Positions 55,957-64,000 of a DNA stretch of 64,000 bases are shown here, piece by piece (within the stretch, counting starts at the first letter, position 1; every line of letters starts with the position of its first letter). Location: contig OZ024743.1 of the NCBI GenBank assembly GCA_964016885.1, positions 146,196,001-146,260,000 of the forward strand, in the 5' to 3' direction. The translations under genes were made by a program, and so were the position numbers. The notes under the pieces were generated by a model. That model saw only the letters and a program-made list of their open reading frames with translations. It made no database searches and was not told the DNA's origin. The DNA is from Eledone cirrhosa. Taxonomy: Eukaryota.

Positions 55957-56635
55957 AATATCCACGGTTAGTTGTGGGGTCTAGTCTGCATGAAGAACTC
56001 AATGTAATCCATATGTTGAAAATGTTGTAGGTTAAAATAAATCCCGGAAAACAATAAAACATCAAAAGGAAAACAGAGTCATGATATATGTTAAAACAAT
56101 GAAATAAAAATTCAAGTCATTAGGAATATATATATATATATGTATCTATGACTTTGTCTAATTTATATGTATATACCCTTTAAAATTAATATATACTCCC
56201 GTAAGGTTGAGTAAAACTTTAGGCAATATTCAGCTGAGCTTTCTAGCAACCAGCCTACTCTCCGACAGGCACCAATCACAAACTTTCTGCCTTGACCACT
56301 GGCCACGTGATGATTCTTAGCCATTTTGAATTCATTTCTGGCAGGGATCATGGTGGAAAAATCTTAGTCCTGTTGAGGTATCTCCTGATGAGTTACAAGC
56401 CTTGTTGATTATCCAAGACCGGATATATCCTAAAAGTGAACTAAACCACCAGGTAGTAGAGATTATGAAGATTTTGGTAAAGTTTATGTACATTTTTTCT
56501 TTTAACTTCGATTTTGTACCTAATTACGTGTAGTTAACTATATGTCTAGTCAATTTCTACAGGCTAGTAGGAATATTAGGTAAATATTTTGTAGCTGTAC
56601 GTCGCGGAAAAGAAGCTATATCATTTGTCTATTAT

Positions 56636-56820
56636 ATTGGCAGTATCGGTAGAGGGTCGGACGCCATGCTTTGCAGCAAAGAGTTACGGCCTTTTATGAT
56701 CTGAGTTCAAATCCCGCCGAGGTTAACTTTGCCTTTCATCCTTACGGTGTCGATAAAATAAAGTACCAGTAATACACTGGTATAATTGCTGGCCTTATAT
56801 CAAAAGTAGAAACAATTATT
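56636..56820 (+). mobile_element. SINE family A
   Basis: A/B boxes and body intact. Confidence 0.88.
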
Positions 56821-56938
56821 TCTTCATGGGTACATTTTAAACTTATCGCCTCGTTTAAATGTTTTTTTATCTGGTTGATTTATACTGATCGGGAGAGGAA
56901 ATACTGTATATATTTTACCTAATGATTCTTTGAACTTA

Positions 56939-57028
<90 letters not shown>

Positions 57029-57160
57029 CAAAGAGTTATTTAAGTTGTTGGTTATTCAACAAATTTATTTATAACAGATTCGAAGCACTCCACAGCATTC
57101 TTCTGGAGTATAATATCAATAATATTAATAAATGGAAACTATCGTTATAAAACCATATTT

Positions 57161-57220
57161 ATTTTATTATATATATTTCAAGGGTACCAAAAGTTTTGGT
57201 ACGCTCTCATCAGATAAAAT
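57161..57220 (-). ncRNA. Minimal type-I hammerhead ribozyme motif (inverted partner at 57316-57371, +)
   Basis: AUUUUAU CUGAUGA GAGCGUACCAAAA C UUUUGGUACCCUU GAAAU AUAU AUA AUAAAAU; arms 57113-57237 / 57299-57420. Confidence 0.75.
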
Positions 57221-57413
57221 ACAAAAATTGTTTTATACAAAAACAAGAACTTACAGAACTTAAAACGATAAGTTCTTGTTTTGGGATATATCACTATCTA
57301 TAAAACAATTTTTGTATTTTATCTGATGAGAGCGTACCAAAAATTTTGATATCCTTGAAATATAATAAAATAAATATGGTTTTATAAAGATACTTTCCAT
57401 TTATAAATATTAT

Positions 57414-57481
<68 letters not shown>

Positions 57482-57662
57482 CTGTGTATTTATATTTATA
57501 AATACATCCACATACATACAGATATTTACATACACACAAATAAATACATGCATGCACATATTTATTTGCGCGCTCGCACGCGTGTGTGTGTGCATAAATA
57601 AATAAATGTACATCTGTATATCTATTTCTCTCTCTGTATATATATATATATATACGTATATG

Positions 57663-57696
<34 letters not shown>

Positions 57697-58050
57697 CATA
57701 TATATACACACACACATATATATAGCCTGATTATATTGTTCTCGGCAAAATATTAGATTAGTAGTTTCCTATGATACTGACAGTATGCAAGCGCACATAG
57801 GTCTTGGCTTTTAGCTTCAATTTTTTATTGAGTGATCATAGAACCACATGATCATTATATTATATATCGATCACTTTTGGTATTTATGCCCCTGGCTTAG
57901 TCGAGCAGTTTTTTGTGAGTTAATGTGTGAACTATTTTTACCACTTTCATCATATCGAACGTTTTAATTTTATTTTTACTCTACATGTGGCCTGAGCAAT
58001 GGCTGGCTTCTCGTTGTTTGAGATCTAATATTTTTCTGGAATTACAAGAT

Positions 58051-58136
58051 GCCTACTGATGATTGCTAGTTCTAGCTCCACCATTCAACGGTGAATGTTG
58101 ATGAGTTTTACTGGCCTGAAGTGGTACCATATAGGC
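58051..58136 (+). ncRNA. Hammerhead ribozyme motif (GAAG variant) within a ~469-bp direct-repeat unit
   Basis: GCCUA CUGAUGA ..GCUAG...CUGGC.. GAAG UGGUACCA UA UAGGC; repeats 57723-57875 / 58192-58345. Confidence 0.6.
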
Positions 58137-58798
58137 TTTATAAAAAATTAGTAGCTATGTAAGTATAATACTTATTCCGTGTCTCTGTTTTTAGCCTGAA
58201 TATATTGTTCTCTGCAAAATATTAGATATGCGGTTACCTATGATATTGGCAGTGTACAAGCGTTCTGAGGTCTTGTATATTTAGCGTCAGTTCCCTCATT
58301 GAGTGATCATAGAGCCGGTTGATCATTATATTATATATCAATCTCTTGTGCCTATATAAGAAACCATAAAATAAAGTACCAGTAATGCACTGGTTAATTG
58401 CTGGCCTTGTTCCAAAAGTAGAAACAATTATATATCAATCTCTTTAATACACTCACACACACAGACTCATACGCACGCATCCCCCCACACACACTATCTC
58501 TCTATCTCACATACACATATATATAATTAATTCGCCTATGTGTTGGTTAATCACCGATACTTCAGCATGCAGGGTACAGCAGGCGGGGATGTTTATCAAT
58601 GAATCGAAATAACAGAAATAAGCTTTATTTCATCTTCATGTTTTTATGTTTTTTTTCTGTTCAAATTCCAGCTGTCTGATGAAGTCATAGTTGTTGCATA
58701 ACAGTTATGACCTCATCAGACAGTTGTTGCATAACAGTTACCACCGAAACATATACAACAGTGACTATAAATAAACATGTTGACTTATACTTTAAGTT

Positions 58799-58846
<48 letters not shown>

Positions 58847-59103
58847 GGTTCAGTTGTTTCATGGTTTACAGAGTAAGGTACCAGAACCAGCACTATGTAC
58901 ATCCATGTACATCGTTTAGAACGAGCTACAATCAGATGAACAATTGGTTTTACTTGATTAACAGGTCTGATGAGTAGGTTGGGCAAGAGTCAGGTCTATA
59001 ACATTAACACGAATCCCGAGCCACCTATCTGTGAAACGATCGTAACTGTGCATAATCAATAAAGACTTAATGTGAAACCACGTTTTGCATATGGAAGATA
59101 ATT

Positions 59104-59203
<100 letters not shown>

Positions 59204-59398
59204 CCTTTTTAATTTCAGTTTATTTTGATCATGCTTTTATATTTATTTTTATTTCATTTCATTTTAATTTGATCATGCTTTATTTTTATTTTTATTTTTA
59301 ATTTCATTCGCACCGTTTCCTCCCACCCCCTTTTCGCTATATGTCTCTCCACCACTCCCCTACACACCCTTTGAACTCTCTTCCCACACACTTCTCAC

Positions 59399-59430
59399 CT
59401 GAGGAAGGGCTTATGCCCGAAACGTCGTTC
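59399..59430 (+). ncRNA. Penelope-type hammerhead core
   Basis: CUGAGGA A GGGC UUAU GCCC GAAAC GUC; stem I not evident. Confidence 0.55.
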
Positions 59431-59672
59431 CCCACCACCACCCCACTCCACAGAGCGTGAAATTAATAAACATTCGTTGTACTGCCTCTCTATTTTGTTC
59501 CTGTTCAAATTTTCCATTATATATATATATTAAAGAGTTAAACAAGATTCAATGAATACATCAAAGAATGAGTTTTACAGTAGATTGGAAGCACTCTACA
59601 GTAAATATTTTCCAGAGTTATTAATATTAAAATACAAATATTAACAAAATAGATATTCTTGTGATCAATTAG

Positions 59673-59737
59673 ATTTTATTATACATATTTCAGAGGTACT
59701 GAATTAACTTTAACAGTACGTCCTCATCAGATAAAAT
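59673..59737 (-). ncRNA. Minimal type-I hammerhead ribozyme motif in an inverted pLTR remnant
   Basis: AUUUUAU CUGAUGA GGACGUACUG...CAGUACCUCU GAAAU AUGU AUA AUAAAAU; same stem I as 57161 with a different stem II. Confidence 0.75.
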
Positions 59738-59848
59738 AAAATGATACATGACATACCCTGACATGTTAGATGGTTAAGATTTAATCAATGAAATATGTAT
59801 AATAAAATTTAATTGATCACAAGAATATCTATTTTGTTAATATTTGAA

Positions 59849-59910
<62 letters not shown>

Positions 59911-59989
59911 TATAAATATGTATGTGTATATATATATATATATGCACATATATTTATATGTATATGTATATGTCTCTCTCTCTCTCTCT

Positions 59990-60031
<42 letters not shown>

Positions 60032-60125
60032 TTGATAAAATTAACATAGAGAGGATAAGACAACGAACAGAAATAAGGCAAAACGAAAAACAATTTTTTA
60101 AGGGGAAACCTTAAAAATATACATA

Positions 60126-60170
<45 letters not shown>

Positions 60171-60356
60171 TTATATATATATGTATATATATATATATAT
60201 ATATATTAATATATACTTATATATATGTATATATATATATTTATATATATTTATATATATGTATATATATTTATATATGTAAATATATATGTATATGTAT
60301 ACATATATATTTACATATAAATATATATTGATATATATACTGATATATATATATGC

Positions 60357-60427
<71 letters not shown>

Positions 60428-60517
60428 TATATATATTGTAATTATCTTTCATTTCTTAACACCTCTCCAGGAATAGCTAAATCAAATAAGAGAGAAGAGA
60501 GAGAGAGAGGGAGAGAG

Positions 60518-60632
<115 letters not shown>

Positions 60633-61299
60633 AATCATAATCACAATACTTTGTGTGAGTATTTGCCTAATCCCCGAAATAAAATAATAAACTGCTACTG
60701 TATAAATTGAATTCTTGTTATAATATTTAGAAATATATGCATCCCATTATTTCTAATTTTACGAAAGAAAGGAAGGAACAATCCCCTTCATAAAAAAACA
60801 AAAAAAAAACAAAAACAAAAGCAACAAACATAAAAATAAAAATAAAAATAAAAGAAACAAACAACAAAAGAATTAATGATTAAGAAAAGAAAAGAAAAAT
60901 AAGGAAACAACGCAACTATTCATTAATGATGCATTCAAAATATAGTTAGTTTTCTTCTATATTTCTATTGAATATTCAAATGTTCTGATATTTGTTCCAT
61001 AAGAACAGAAAAGTTCTTTGTTATAACCACCTATGTCTATTTTACACAAGATATTCAGATTTCCTATAAATATTTATTTCATGCATTATATTTTTACCTA
61101 TATAGACGAAACTTCATTGATTTTTAATATAATTTTATTTTGCATCCTCAAAATCTGACAATGCTTGTTGGAACTGTGCTGGCCTGCCATCTTCCCAGTC
61201 AGCCAGGCAGATGTACAGACACTTTCAGTAAGCAGAATTCAGTTTAGTCACACATATGGTAATGACGCCGGAAAAACAACAGCTACAATGACAAAAACA

Positions 61300-61408
<109 letters not shown>

Positions 61409-61502
61409 AATGCATAAATATACACAAATGTACATGCATATATGCATATATATATGTATGTATTAATAAACATATATATAATTATTCATATTTGTATATA
61501 TT

Positions 61503-61574
<72 letters not shown>

Positions 61575-61602
61575 TATGCAAATATATGTATATATAAATA
61601 TG

Positions 61603-61672
<70 letters not shown>

Positions 61673-61827
61673 ACTCATATATATATATATGAGTGTACTA
61701 TATATATATACATTTATATATATATATATATATACATTTATATATATATATACATATATATATATGCATATATATGTATGTATATAAATATAAAATTATT
61801 CATATATATATAGGTGTGTGTATATTA

Positions 61828-61860
<33 letters not shown>

Positions 61861-61864
<4 letters not shown>

Positions 61865-62071
61865 TCATCACCGTTTTACGTCCGTTCTTCCATGCTAGCA
61901 TGGGTTAGACGGGTTGTCCTGTTGTGGGCAGTGTCTGGTCGGCTGACCATGCCTTGCTCATACAGGAACTGATTTTGGCTTGATCTCTACAGCTGGATGC
62001 CCTTCCTAACACCAACCTCATTTACAGTGAGTGCTGGGTGCTTTTTTCCGTGGCGCCTACACGTCCACTTT

Positions 62072-62072
<1 letters not shown>
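61861..62072 (-). mobile_element. RTE subfamily B 3' UTR
   Basis: Near-identical to 39492-39707. Confidence 0.85.
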
Positions 62073-62149
<77 letters not shown>

Positions 62150-62212
62150 ATACTGTTGGCTTCTTGCTACAATACTCTCTATACCTTTCATTTATATATA
62201 TATATATATATA

Positions 62213-62309
<97 letters not shown>

Positions 62310-62372
62310 CATATACATATATACACACATACATATATATACATGCATATTTTATATAAGTATGCACGTCTA

Positions 62373-62404
<32 letters not shown>

Positions 62405-62696
62405 GAGAGAGATAGATAGATATGTATGTATGTATGTGTGTGTGTGTATGTGTATAATTGTTATCATTGTTGGTGTTGTGTATATATATATCACACTATT
62501 ACGCTCTATTACTTGTTCCAGCCGACAGGCTGAGGCCATGCTGGATCATTAAAATTATTCATTATATATATATATATATATATATGGATATATATATATA
62601 TAGGTATATAAATTGACTAGGAATGAACATATGCTAATGACACTCGAAAAACAACTGCAACAATGACAAAAATAATACACACACTCACACACACAC

Positions 62697-62744
<48 letters not shown>

Positions 62745-62800
62745 GTGTGTGTGTGTGCCTAAATATACACAAATATTCATACATGTATATATGCGTGTGC

Positions 62801-62870
<70 letters not shown>

Positions 62871-63092
62871 ATATAAATATATATATATTTTATATATATC
62901 TATATATATATATATATACATACATGTATCATATGTTTGTATATATTTATGCCCCCCCCCCATATATATATATATATGTGTGTGTATTATTTTTGTCATT
63001 GTTGGTGTTGTTTTTCTTGTGTCATTACCATATGTTCACTCCTGATCAATTTACATACCAATATATATATAATGTATATATACATATACATA

Positions 63093-63351
<259 letters not shown>

Positions 63352-63354
63352 TGT

Positions 63355-63395
<41 letters not shown>

Positions 63396-63817
63396 TGCAT
63401 ATATATATATTTACACACTCACATATATATATATATATATACACATATGGAACGGCGTATACAAATCATGGAGGGATAGATCCTACTAAAGTATTCTAAA
63501 ATAAGAACACTTCAGAAGCATCTTTTCCCAGGGGTAGCTTCTTATGTAACCAACCTAAATCTAGAATATTTCATTAAGTTCCCTTATTGCAATCTTTAAG
63601 ATCAAGAAACAGTACTGATCATCACAATAGCCTTCTAGCTTTAGGGTGCTTAATTAAAACTCTAGCCCTAGAGAAAGTTGCTTGTAAAGTGTTCTTATTT
63701 TAGATTACTTTACTAGGATTTTGTATAAGATATTCCGTATGTATTTGCTTCTCTGAATGATCTGTTTTCATTGAGATGTTATATATATACTGGTGACAAA
63801 TTTACTTATGTATGGTA

Positions 63818-63834
<17 letters not shown>

Positions 63835-63866
<32 letters not shown>

Positions 63867-64000
63867 AATATTGTACAGTGCTCAGGTGCACTACAACTCA
63901 TCAAAAAGTGTATGTATAGTACATAGGGTAATGTACAAACGTCAGGAAAATGAACAGTGCATGAGTCATGATACACACATGTGTGCATGTGTATGGAAAG
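63835..64000 (-). mobile_element. CR1 3' UTR (continues beyond window)
   Basis: Matches 6190-6340. Confidence 0.85.

Noticed and set aside
56380-56445. Hammerhead at ctgatgag
   Set aside because: No pairing stem II followed by GAAA and no stem I

Overview
Repeat-saturated, AT-rich animal genomic DNA, most likely an octopus/coleoid cephalopod (inferred from the SINE families and extreme (TA)n/(CA)n/(CATA)n density). No host protein-coding gene can be confidently called, and most predicted ORFs are microsatellite or satellite artefacts. The window is a mosaic of non-LTR retrotransposons: two near-identical young RTE copies with intact RT ORFs in inverted orientation, older RTE and Expander/Rex3-like copies, CR1 3' ends, an R4/Dong element, and Hero and CRE fragments. 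It also holds Penelope-like (GIY-YIG) remnants, two tRNA-SINE families, mariner, maT and piggyBac-type DNA elements, and a 3.5-kb 11/12-mer minisatellite that grew inside a SINE. The most notable unexplained signal is a set of minimal type-I hammerhead-ribozyme motifs (read by eye), about eight of them between 54.9 and 59.7 kb. They sit in inverted pseudo-LTR pairs and in terminally redundant 430-470-bp units that resemble retrozyme/circular-RNA retro-insertions. The young RTE also carries a PHD-type C4HC3 finger inserted inside its RT domain.
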